DNA of 64,000 nt from Azolla caroliniana. Taxonomy: Eukaryota; Plantae; Polypodiophyta. The stretch is from contig JBHGNT010000013.1 in NCBI GenBank assembly GCA_043228905.1, forward strand, positions 7,874,001 through 7,938,000, read 5' to 3'. How positions within the stretch are numbered: the first letter of the stretch is position 1; each line of letters begins with the position of its first letter. The notes beneath the pieces are model-generated. The model did no database searches. It was given only the letters and a program-made list of their open reading frames with translations, and had not been told where the DNA came from. This document shows, one piece after another, positions 34,642 through 46,011 of this stretch. Both the position numbers and the translations under genes were made by a program.

Positions 34642-37600
34642 TCATTCCTCCTTTAAGATGTCGAGGATGCTTTCAGGGTCCGGGGTGGTGGCAGGGTGGT
34701 CTGGTTGGACTGTCGGTGCGGGGGGTTGAGTTTGGTCCGGGGGTGGCCTATCTTCTCGGGCGTCCGCCTCGGGTGCGGCCGATTCTTCTGGTGGGGGTGT
34801 GGGTTCGTGGGCGTTGGCCTCTCCTTCGACAGGCTCTAGTACCGTGTGGACGTCCATGGGATGTCTGTTGGCCGGGGCAAGTTCCTCCTGTGCCGTGTCC
34901 ATGATCTCCTCGCTGGGAGGTTCTTCTTTCTGCTCTATGTCCGTTGGAGGGCTGGTGGGGATGGCTGCGAGTCGTTCTCGTTCGAAGGCTTCTGCTTCCA
35001 GGCGAAACTACATCTGACCGTCATTGAAGTCCTCCATTATTTGCTCGATTGCTGCGGTGTGAGATTTTGCCAAGGACTGGTAATCCTCGATTAAATCTGC
35101 ACGCAGATTTTGAATGCTGGCTTTGTCCATTTTGTAGAAGCCGCGGCCCTCCTTCCGTCGGTTCTCGGCGTCAGCGCGTAAACTATGCAATTCGGCAGCT
35201 TGGGCTGCCCATTCGTCTCCTACGCGACTTAATGTTTCCTCGACCTTTTTGGTAAGGTGCTGGCACTGTTTCTTGAGCAGTATGTGGGTGCGTGTCTCAT
35301 CCATGCCGGGCTGTGCTCGGATGGCTGCTAATTCCTGTTTTAAGCCGTCGACCTCGGCCTGAATCTTCTGTGTCCTTAGCTCATAGATGGTCTGACTGTT
35401 CTTTGCATCCGCAGTTACGAGCTGGAGAGCCTGCTCGTAACGCTTGGTGAGTTCTTCGGTGGCCTGCTCCCGTTCTTTCTGACACGTGGCCCGGATTTGT
35501 TCTCGTTCGACGATTCTCTCTTCTTGGAGGGTGAAGTAGGAATCCGATAAGGCGTCTTTTTGCTCCGAAAGTAGCTTGCACTTGATGAAAAACTCGTCAG
35601 CCATCTCTTTAAGGGTCGTACGCTGACTCTGCAGCTCGACATTCTCCGCGTTCATCCTCTCCTCCCGTTCGCGATTCCTTTCCTCTTGCCGCTGGTTCCA
35701 GTCGTGTGCATTGTCGACCGTGGCCTATATGTCTAGAACCTCCGTCTCTTTCTTCACCACTGTGGCTGCGTATTCCTCCAACTTTCATTTGAGTTCGGCT
35801 TCCTTGGCCGCGGCTTGCGCTTGTATCCGGCCCAGTGCTTCGTTTTGCTCGTGTATCCTTTGGTTGGCCTGGGCTCTTATCTCGGACATCTGCTTGGAAG
35901 CTTCTTCTTTCAGGCGAGCCATCGCCTCTTGATGTCGTTGCTCGTGTCTCTCGGTTCGCCGTTCTTCTTCTTTAAGCTCCGCACGGTAATCCCGGAGCGG
36001 GGGTTCTGTCTGGGTTGCCACCTCCTTGGTTGGTGCGGTTAGTTCGGGTTGCTCCACGACCGTGGCCGCCTCGGTTGTTGTGCAGGCATCGACCATTTGT
36101 AACAAGTCCGTTTGTGTACTGGCCTGCACCTTCAGGATGGAGTCGGTGATGGTGCTTTCATCCATCATCGTTATGCGTGGGGGCGCTGGGAGGGCCTCGG
36201 TGGTCGTTACTGCAAGGCTCGGGACTTGTTGTTCCAGCCGGTTTTGCTCCCAGGCTGCCAGCTTCTGGTTCGCAGCGTGCCATAGCTTTGTAGCCATCTT
36301 AGCCTGTTTTTGGGCTACTTTTATCTTTCGGGCCATGTCTTTGGCTTCCCGCGTAGTGCGATCCAGGTCCCGATATGCCTCGATAAGGGCCGTGTTCAAC
36401 TTGGGGACCTCCATGAGGAGAGCGGCCTGTTTTGCCTACTTCTTCCTCCCGATTTTTTGTAAAGCCCTGTCCTCCCAGGGCTCAATTTCACCTATTAGCG
36501 CGCGTTGAACCATTTTTGTTTCGGCGTGCTCTTCCGCCATCCGAGCGGCTGCCGCGACTTGGGCTCTGGCGAGGAAGTCGACCAGCTCGAATGACGTACT
36601 GAGGTGGAGGAGCGCACTAAATTCGTAAGCCTCCGTGGGGAGGTCCTTATACCCGAGGACTTCATCCTCCGAGATCTGTGTTGTCTGCCCATGCTCGATC
36701 GTTCCCTGGTTCAGCGATGCCTCCGCAGGGGTGATAGCCAAGTTGCTTTGTCTGACCACTAAGGCTTGCTCCTGATGTGGCTCCTTCTGTTCTTCCGAGG
36801 ACTCACGGTTGAGTCGTCTTTTTTTGCTTGGTTGTGGTTGGGGTTCCGGGGCCGGTAGTGTCGTTTCCTCCGCCTGCTTCCTTTTCTGGGGTCGTGGTGG
36901 TGCAACCTGCTACGTGTTGGGGCGTGGGCTAGGTCCTGGGGACGTTACCGAGGGGCGCGACGTTGGCTGTCGAATGGTGACGTCATCGGCCGTGTTGTCT
37001 GCCGCGGCTTCCTCCCCCTCCCATTCTTGGCAGGTCTCGGACACTACCCTTTTTTGTTGGGGTTGGGCTGGTGGTGGAGCAGATGCGGGTTTCTGGTCGG
37101 TGGCAGGGGGTGAAGGCAATGTGGGCTCCTCCCATGCTTCGTGGCTGATGGCCACGAATTTCTCTCTCTGCCTCCGTGGTGGTGGTGGGGATGTGAGTGC
37201 GCGAGGGGAAGAAAGCGAAGAGGGTGGGTATAGCACCATCAAAAAGTGGGTAAGAACAGACAACATTTTCTTACCGGACTGAAATGAAGGTAAGGCAACG
37301 CGGAGTCCTTCGCCCGTGATGATTCCCCAATCGATATTGTTTCCTTCATAAGCGCTTATGATGATGGCCGCCTTGTTCTGCGGCATGCTCGTTGGGTTCG
37401 TATGCACGAATGCATACTCCATCAAGATACGAGCAATTTCCCCGAAAGCTTTGTTGGGCCCGCCATATGTGCGATATGCCTTCCCTGTGGCTCAGTACTC
37501 ACCGACGTACGCCTTCATCTTGGATGCCGGGGGTATGTCGACCTCATGGTCCCCTCCTCGTTGCAGGTCCAAAACAGCCCGAAGCACGTTGTTGGTGATG

Positions 37601-37731
37601 CCTTCGGGACTTATACGTTTCGCCACAGTTTGGGCATCTAGGTGCGCGGGGGCATCAATGATCTTCACATAACCGCCCATTTCTCGTTCCTGGAGCCAGG
37701 CGCAGGTTTCTGTTGAGGCGGTAAGAGGCAT
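34642..37731 (-). pseudogene. Element C extra ORF, fragmented
   Basis: YVGEY, IIISAYEG, GYKDLP, AAELHSLRADAENRR, FYKM, ILDILKEE*; homologous to D and E. Confidence 0.82.
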
Positions 37732-37759
37732 GGTGGAGATGGAGGCTGGGTTCGACTGT

Positions 37760-40505
37760 GTAGCGCCTCTGCTGAACCGGCCGAGTGTCGGGTAAGATGT
37801 GAATTTGATGTTGGTAGTATTGAGGATCCAGCCCCCTCATATCGGTGTAAGACCAAGCGAAAACATCCTGGTAGTCGGTGAGTAATTTTACGAGGCATGC
37901 CCGTTCGCCAGTTGGTAGATTATTGGCAATTTGTACCGTACGGGGATTCTCGTCTGAACCGAGGTTTATTGTTTCCAAGGTTGATGCTTTCACTCGTTGT
38001 GAAACGGCAAGTTCGCGTTCGAAAGCCTCCCGAGCATGATGTAGTTCGGCAACTGTGGTTGCATCGGGTTCATCCTGGGGTGGTGACTCCTCCGTGACTT
38101 CGTCGTCTTTAGATGGCTCGATGGTTGGTAAGGCATTGATTTCGAAGAGAGGAATGATCGTGGGATGATCATCTAGGAAGTCATCGACCTCCTCATCGGC
38201 CAATCCGTCAAGCATATGGACCCCTTCCGCGTATAATGGCGAAGTGTTGAGGGCGACGGGGACTCGTTCTTCAGTGATGATTCGAACTTTTGTCTTCCCT
38301 CTTCGATCATGTTGCGTTGCCAATGTTGCTTGATATTCGCTGTACGCAACCATGGTCGCCCTAGTAACATTGGGTAGGCGCCTTGTGTCTCCAGTCGTAG
38401 CACGACAGCCGAGATCGTGAACATGTGGCCTCCGAGTGTGAAGTCGAGATGGCGGATTAAACCAATGGGGCGAACGGAGCGGGTGTCGGCCATCCGAAGC
38501 CAAAAGGGGCATGGTTCCCATTGATTCAGGCCGAGGCTGAGACACGTTGACTCGCTAATAACGTTTACGCCGGATCCACCATCGATGATGCATCCGTGCA
38601 GGTCTTGGCCCTTAATGATGATGCGCACGGCTGGGTTCTGAGAATCCATGAGTGGTGGACCGGTTCCTGCTTCGGTGAGGTGTACCGGTGGTGTCACGGT
38701 CTTAGTATTGGCCTGTAGTGCCGCCAGGGTGTCCCGAAATCTCGGCATGAATGGTAGCAGTTTATGTAGGGGCAGCGAGATGCGGGAATTGGTAAGCACA
38801 TCCCATAGCTGGTCGTCCTCCGACGACGTGGGTGTTGCCGGGGTTTGTGGTACTTCACTGGGCCCATCCCTCATGTCAGTTTGCATGCGTGCGGCATTAT
38901 TTTTATTGGCCGTCTCGACCCATTCTTTTGCTACTTGTCGTACTTCATCCTGGATTTGCCACTGAGTAGTTTGTGCTTTACTCCGGCTAGTGACCGTTTG
39001 AACATTGGCCATGATACTGTTTACCGTGGGTGCCTTGCCACGGTTGGTTGTTGGACATTGCGTGGCGTAGTGGCCTGGTTGGTTACATTTAAAACATGTC
39101 ACGTTGGCCGAGCTGTTGGTGTCCGGTCGGTCTGTGTGTGGAAGCTGTTGTTGTTGATCCTCGGTCTCGTTTGGTGGTGGGTTGTTCCAAGGTGCGTTGG
39201 AGTTGCGCTGGTCATGTTGAGGAGCGTCCCGTCGTCGGTTGAGATTAGGTCATCTATTGTTGCATGTGTTGCGATTGTTGTTTCGCCGATCCATGCGTGA
39301 GTTCCTTCGGTCATACCGATCATCGCGATCGTCATTGTATCGAGCATAATCGTCGTGCCGGTCATCGCGATAATAATCACGGCGATGATCACGTTGGTAG
39401 TCGTCGTTTCGGCACCATCGATCCGGGGATCGCGGTTGGTCGTTATCCTGGTCACGATAGATATATCGCTCGTCTTGCCGAGAGTATGTATTTCGTGGCT
39501 CGATCTGGCGGACCAGTGTCGTCGTTGTGCGGTTCAGCATATTATATTCGCACTGCTCAACCGTGTGAGCTCGAGACTGACAGATCAGACACTGTGGTCG
39601 GTGGGGACATTCGAGGGCTAGGTGTCCTAATCCTGAACACGTAGTGCATTGGAGGGCTTGGCGAAAGCGATTGTCCTCTTGGGGAAGAGCGTTTTGCAAG
39701 GATGTCATCGAGAAGGCCGTGTCGTGCTGGTTCCGATCGAGGGCTTGAACGCGCACTATGACTTGTTCGATAGTATGGTTGGCGAAATTTGTAAGTGCGA
39801 GAGTCGTTCGTAGAGGCTCTCGTAAACTGGATAGGAAAGTGTCTGGTATATGTTGTGCCGAGACATCATCGGCCACTTGTCTGTAGAGATCCTGGAACCG
39901 GATCGTGAACTGGGCGACCGTTTCGTGTGGTTCCTGGCATATAGAGAAGAATTGTCGTAGCAGTTCCCGTTTAGGCACCTCGCGATGAAAAAGTTCAAGG
40001 AACTTTGTGCGCACGATTTGGAAAGTGGTGGCCTCTCCTATTTCGAGATGAGAGTACCATCGTGCGGCCGGTCCCTCGAGGGAGAGTGCAAACTCGGCAA
40101 TCTTCGATGCATCGATTTCGGCCGGTGTGAGGCAGTGCGTGGAGTGGTTAGCCTGCCACGTGGATATGAAGGCAAGGACATGTGACTCCGCGTCAGGTCC
40201 GTCGGCATATCGTGGGTATGGGTACGGCATGATGTCGTACTGTGGTTCTTCTGGTAGCACCGGAAAAGGGTTTAGTTCCGGTTGATTGACCTCCGGAGGG
40301 CTCGACGGGGGATCTGGTGGTGAATCCACTCGCGATCGGGTGTCCGGTGGCGAGGATTGCACTGGACAAGCCCCCGATTGATCGGGAAAAGATTGGTCAG
40401 TGACCGCCGAGTCGGAAGTTCCTTCGACTGGCTCAGGGCGTCGGGCAGGTGGCTGAGACCTCGTGGTGCGAGAGGGCGCCGTAACGGCGGCTGGTGGTTA
40501 CCCAT
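37760..40505 (-). pseudogene. Element C gag-protease-RT start
   Basis: LSLEGPAARWY, QEPHETVAQF (capsid); three CCHC knuckles; IIDGGSGVN protease; DVFAWSYTDMRGLD. Confidence 0.9.
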
Positions 40506-41791
40506 TCCTTTGGGTGAACACCTTCGATAGATCTGCGACTATCAATCTTCAAGGGCGTGGTACGTGAAGGTTCGTACAGAGGCGTCGAGAGAGATACAGG
40601 GCTCAGAGAGAAAACACTAGCGAGGTTTTGATAGACGTGGCGGCGTGAAACTCATAGGTATAGATCGAAACACTGACTCATGCAACCAAAATAGGCACAA
40701 ATAAGATGTATTACTATGGCAGAAAGGATTACAGAACACGGCCTATGGCCGGGGACCTTACAAGTTTATCTAATTCGAATGACTAAGCTAGTGCTTCCGC
40801 CTATAATTTTCTTCTCTCCCTTTCTGAGGTATTTTTCCTCGTTTAAATAACTTTTCCCCTTACACACAGCCGAGCCATCGATGGCCCGTGATCCTCGGAC
40901 TCAACGTTTGCTAATTTCCTAATTTTACATTTCTGTCCTCTGGACAACAAGCAACATGCAGCTCACCAAGAACCCCGTATTCCATGCTCGCAAAAAGCAC
41001 ATAGAAGTGTACTACCACTTCGTGCGTGAGCGTGTCTTGAGCGGAGAAGTCAAACTTCGGTATCTTCATACGGATCGGCAAGTTGCCGACATCTTCACCA
41101 AACCGCTTGGATCAGACAAGTTGCAGACTTCACTGAAATGCTTGGTGTTCAGCATCTCAACATGCCACACTTGAGGGGGAGAATGAGCAAAGCCACCGGA
41201 ACAGGCAAAGGAAAAGAAACTACCGATTGCACCGGTGAGGGAAGAACCGACAAAGGGAGAGACAAGAAGAAGAAAGGAGCCAAGTTGACAAAGGAAGTTG
41301 ACACATCTGGATTCCGAATAGGTCGGAACAAGCGGCAACGGCAGTAGAGTCAAGAAAGACAGAGCGACTGGAAGAAGAAGGCCAAGACCCGGACATGGTC
41401 CTATGTGGTGAAGGGCCTGGAACCGGAAGACGAATCGGGAGCGACTGATTCAGACAAGAGCTGGAACGAATCGGAGACAACCGATTCGGTTCAATAAACG
41501 GATTCAGAAGCACCGGATCAATTCAAGGCCAAGAGGACGAGAAGGCAGCGAAAGTCGACGCCAACACGAAGGAATCAGCGAATCGACAAGTGCCAAAGTC
41601 ACAGTAGGGAGGGAGCTAAATTAGGCTTGTTGAGCAGACAAGCCGATCGAGGAGGTCGAGGTGCGCAAAATCAGAAGGTCGCGGCAAACGGGAGTGGACT
41701 GGACGAGGAGTGCGAGCAAGGCGGAGTGACACTAGAAGGAGCCGGGTGGAAGGACACTACTATTCGACCTCAAGTTGAGCTTGAGGGGGAG

Positions 41792-42154
41792 TGTTGAGCG
41801 GCAAGCTCAGCCAGATCCGGATAAACTAAACAAGCCTCAGCCGGATCGGCATCCGGAAGGATGAGCCGGATTGGTGAGCCGGTGAGCAAGTGAGCTGGGG
41901 AGCCGGTTAGCCAGATCAAGCAGTAAACGGAAGCCTAGTAGCAGCCTAGACTACTAGGTAGTTAATGTCTCGTAGTTAGTGTCAGACGCTTGTGTGATCA
42001 TTGAAGTACATTGTACCTTTGTTAGTCCTCTTAGAACTTGTATAAATAGTGTTGTTGAGCATGTTGTATGTACAGAGAATTTTACAGAATTGTTGATAAA
42101 TAGATTTAAGTTGTTCTGCTCTTTCTCTGTCTCTCTTGCGTACCTTATGTGTAT

Positions 42155-42189
<35 letters not shown>

Positions 42190-42239
42190 GCTATCCGGCT
42201 AAGCCGGTTGTCTAATGCTTCCGCACCTTCATTTTTATA
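41792..42239 (+). repeat. copia2 3' LTR
   Basis: TGTTGAG start after PPT GAGGGGGAG; terminal CA reads TA; contains (CT)n. Confidence 0.85.
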
Positions 42240-42424
42240 GACTTGTATAAAAGGTGTTATGTAGGACTCTCTATGTATAGAGCGTTATTATTTTGAATTG
42301 AGTTTCACTGTTCTGTTCTCTCTGTCTCACCCGTGTATTTCTAAGGTTCCATTAAACCTGTTTGTATTCAGTTGCTCCCCGGCTGAGCCGGTTCTGTCTT
42401 AGCTTCTGCATATTCACTTTTACA
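42240..42424 (+). repeat. copia1 3' LTR, distal part
   Basis: Aligns to 1580-1763 and ends TTCACTTTTACA. Confidence 0.85.
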
Positions 42425-42536
42425 TGGGCTAAGTGGGCCGAATGGGCGACTGAGTCAGAATGGCCAGTTAGATGAAGAGTCGACGAGTAGTGGAGACTCG
42501 GTTGTGCTCTCCCCATGCAAGGAACCGAGGAGACGG

Positions 42537-42994
42537 TGTCATTGCGTATCCAATGGGAGAAAAAGGGAAAAGTGTGGTTCCACGTACATTACACAAACAC
42601 TTGTAAATAAATAAAAAATAAACCTAGGGCATATAGAGAGGGGTGGAAGCAAGATTTGAACCTTGTACCTTCAAGGTGGAAGAAAATTGATTTACCACTA
42701 GGACGACTATCATATGCTTCAAACTTTATGTTTGCAGTTTTCTTTTCATATTCAGTAATTCGTAGGAAACAAATACATAAAAAATTGTATGCACAAAACC
42801 ATGGTTAGGTCATGGTTTCAACCCATGGTTTTTGCCTGTGATTTTTGCCCATGGTTTTTGCATGGAGAGACCTATAAAAGCCTCTAGTTGGGCTTGTGTA
42901 AGGGAAAGGGGATGTAAGAAAGAAAATTATAATAAAAGATCTAAGTTATCTTATTGGTGATGTATCTTGTCTCTAAAAACTAAAGTTAAGGGTT

Positions 42995-43032
<38 letters not shown>

Positions 43033-43143
43033 CTATCTATCTTCAAAACTTTCTTGCTTACACTACTGAAACATCGACTCCTTCCGGTCCAGGACACCAG
43101 TGGTCCCCCCTCACGTCGTAAACATGCGACGATTTCCTCGACA
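42537..43143 (+). mobile_element. Solo LTR (607 bp) related to the tRNA-Trp gypsy family
   Basis: TGTC...CGACA; 4-bp TSD ACGG/ATGG; removal restores copia RRRF; shares motifs with A and B LTRs. Confidence 0.88.
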
Positions 43144-43147
43144 ATGG

Positions 43148-44950
43148 TTCATAAGCAAAGATAAGGGGAAGAAGAAGATATCGGAATACGACATTGGGAA
43201 ATAAGAGTCCAAACGGAGCGAATTTGAGTCCGGAAAGAATGAAGACGAACCTTCGAGAACGAAGTCCGAACAGCCAAGAGGGCCCTAAAATCGGCAAACA
43301 AGAAGTTGCGCCGATCCACCCGCCAGAAGAACCCTATAAAACGATATGTATACAGTGAGTACATGGTGCATCCCTATGTGTATATGACAAAAGTGGGTGG
43401 AAGTGTCTGAGCCAGAGACTTACGCAAAAGTGGCAAAGGACGCGCAATGGCGAACCACTATGGAGGAAGAGGTGTGGGCACTCGATGCCAATGACACATG
43501 GGACCTGGTTAGGCCCACCCGACATTGCAAACCGATCGGTTGCAAGTGGTTGTACAAGGTCAAGTATAATGTTGATGATTTAGTCAACTGGTACAAGGCC
43601 CGGTTAGTGGCCAAAGGGTATGCACAAACCCACAAAATCGACTATGACGAGACCTTCGCTTCAGTAGCGAAGATGACGACGGTTCGTATGGTGCTTGCAA
43701 CTGCTATGGCACGGGGGTGGCATCTTCACCAAATGGACGTGATGAATGCATTTGTTCAAGGAGACCTGGAAGAATAGGTCTACATGATCTAGCCCCCTAG
43801 TTTTCAATCGGAGATCACAAGTCGGCAATATGCCGACTCAAGAAGTCACTTTATGGCTTAAAGCAAGCCTCCTGAGCTTGGAATTAAAAGATCATGCACT
43901 AATTGCGTCAGATGGGGTTGACTTCCAATGACACTGCGTTGAATATGTTGTTCAAGTTTGGCATGACCGATTGCTGACTAGTCTCCACACCCATGGACCG
44001 GAACCTGAAGCTTCGTCCCGACTCTAGACCGGCCTGCGATGAGAAATGGTTCCGACAAATTGTTGGAAGCCTTATTTATTCGATGATCACCAGACCTGCC
44101 ATTAGCTATCCGGTCGGAGCAATCAATCAATTCATGCAGAAGCCAACCGTGGAGCGAGCACCTTCAGTGCGTGCACCGAATATTGAGGTATGTTAGCGGC
44201 ACTAAGGACCGGGAACTATTATATCGACATGATATAACCGAAAACCTAGTCAGATATATGGATGCCGACTTGGCCGGTGATGCGTCAGATCATCGGTCCA
44301 CTACCGGTTTTTCGTTTTCTCTTGGTAGCACGGCTGTTGTGTGGAGCAGCAAAAAGCAGCCAGCAGTGGCTCTAGCGAGACCTCCGGATCGAAGTACCAA
44401 CTTCAATCCTGATCTACGGTGATAACATGAGCAACATGCAACTAGCCAAGAACCTTGTGTTCCATGTTTGGACAAAGCACATAGAAGTGCATTATCACTT
44501 TGTGCGCGAGCGGGTCTTCAACGGTGAAGTCGAGCTAAGGTATATCCGGACAGATCGGCAACTTGCAGACATCTTCACCACGGCCCTTGGAACTAACAAG
44601 TTGCATCATTTTTCGGAGATTCTCGCTCTTCAACATCTCGACATGCCGCACTTGAGCCGGTACTTGTATGGGGAGAACCAGAACCAGAATAGAAACCAGA
44701 ACGGCAGGTAATGACACCAGACAAGGAGCTAAAGAGAAGGAAACTGAAATAGGGGGAGACAAGAAGAAAAAGGGAGCCGACTCGACTGAAGAAGTTGACA
44801 CATCGGAACAAGTCGAAACAAGCGGCGACAGTGGCAAAGTCAAGAAGGAGTGAGCCGACCGGAAGGAAAAGGCCAAGACCCGGACATGGTCTGATGTTGT
44901 GAAGGGCCTGAAGATTGAGGAAGAATTGGAGACAGCCAATTCAGACAAGA
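43148..44950 (+). pseudogene. copia0 RT-RNase H with internal deletions and 3' extension
   Basis: KPIGCKWLYKVK, YKARLVAKG, YMDAD, KHIEVHYHFVRE, ADIFT. Confidence 0.9.
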
Positions 44951-45295
44951 GCTAGAATGAATTGGAGGCAACCGATTCAAAAGAGGAGTTCGATTCAGAG
45001 GAGACGAATCAATAGAAGGCGAAATAGACGAGGAGGCAACGGAAGTTGACACCGACATAGGAACCGATGGGTCGAGATGCGCCAGAGTCGCAACAACAAA
45101 GGAGCTGCGATGAGCCTTATGAGCAAACAAGCCCACCAAGAAGGTCGTGGTGCGCGGGACCGAACGGGTCGTGGAAAGCGGAACTAGGCGGGTCTAGGAG
45201 CACGAGCAAGGCGGCAAGACACCAAAAGAAGCTGATTGCAAGGTTCGGCAAACACAAACTTAGTGATGCGACCTCAAGTTGAGCTTGAGGTGGAG

Positions 45296-45765
45296 TGTTG
45301 AGAAGACAAGCTCAACCATATCCGGATCGGCTGAATAAACTGGAGACAGATCGGTATCTGTAACAAAGAACCGGATAGGTATCTGGATCGGTATCCGGAA
45401 CCATGAGCCGGATTAGAGAAACGGATCGGATTGTAACCGATAGGCCATTGGAGGCCTATAATCTTAGACTAGTACGTAGGCATATTCCTTGGAGTTAGTG
45501 TCAGTTGCTCGTATGAGCATTGAAGTACTTGGGAGTACTTTTGTCACAGTCGTTTTAAGGACTTGTATAAAAATGTGTTCTATAGGACATTTGTATATAC
45601 AAAGTGTTATTATTTTGAATAGAGTTTTTTTATTGTTCTAATCTCTCTTTGTCTCTCCCATGTACTATGTATTCTCAAGCTTCCATTAAACCTTCATTTC
45701 CGTTTACTGTTGTTATCCGGCTAAGCCGATTTGTCTACAAGCTTCTGTACGCAGTTCTTCACACA
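45296..45765 (+). repeat. copia0 3' LTR
   Basis: TGTTGAG after PPT-like GAGGTGGAG; similar to 1318-1763; end is 45763 or 45765. Confidence 0.8.
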
Positions 45766-46011
45766 GAAGTACTGACAAGTACTTCAATGCTTCTACTAAA
45801 CTACTAACACTAACTCCTACAATTAACTACCTAGTAGTCTAGGAGTGTAGACCTCCAACGACCTACCGGTTCACACGTGGGTTCGGCTCTCTAATCCGGT
45901 CCTTCAATCCAACCCTCTTCTCTGGACACCGATCCAACGCATGTTCCAAATACCGATCCGACTCTAGCTTACTCAGCCGATCCACATCAAGTTGAGCTTA
46001 TCTGCTCAACA
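45766..46011 (-). repeat. Partial copia LTR in inverted orientation
   Basis: Minus strand from 46011 reads TGTTGAGCAGATAAGCTCAAC, the family LTR start; cut where copia0 ends. Confidence 0.8.

Larger units (their letters stand above)
34195..40949 (-). mobile_element. Ty3/gypsy element C (D-like), lacking most of RT and all of RNase H and integrase
   Basis: Near-identical LTR segments 34195-34544 and 40600-40949 ending CAACA; gag-PR and the first RT residues are joined to the extra ORF at ~37759; no TSD recoverable. Confidence 0.9.
23507..42239 (+). mobile_element. Ty1/copia 'copia2', interrupted by B and C
   Basis: Partial 5' LTR 23507-23718 plus PBS TGGTATCAGAGC (23719-23730); gag to 24519; INT-RT 31701-34130; RNase H from 40950; PPT 41783-41791; the 3' LTR 41792-42239 matches the 5' remnant. 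Confidence 0.85.
1318..42424 (+). mobile_element. Ty1/copia 'copia1', interrupted by gypsy A, a solo LTR and copia2
   Basis: 5' LTR 1318-1763; gag-PR-INT-RT 1860-5257; RNase H 22402-22429 and 22871-23240; the 3' LTR remnant 42240-42424 matches 1580-1763; flanks CGGGT/TGGGC. Confidence 0.75.
445..45765 (+). mobile_element. Ty1/copia 'copia0', 5'-truncated outermost host; pieces ~445-1317, 42425-42536, 43148-45765
   Basis: GAG-pre-integrase/integrase (LWHKRIGH, CEACNLGKQHR) at left; RT (YKARLVAKGYAQ, LHQMDV) and RNase H (KHIEVHYHFVRE) at right; PPT then 3' LTR. Joining the left and right pieces rests on a degenerate TSD and collinearity. Confidence 0.7.

Noticed and set aside
40540-40600. Degraded PBS and 5' LTR boundary for element C (aagggcgtggta-cg-tg)
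   Set aside because: It needs two substitutions in the CCA end and there is no TGTTG terminus; the boundary cannot be fixed from this window.
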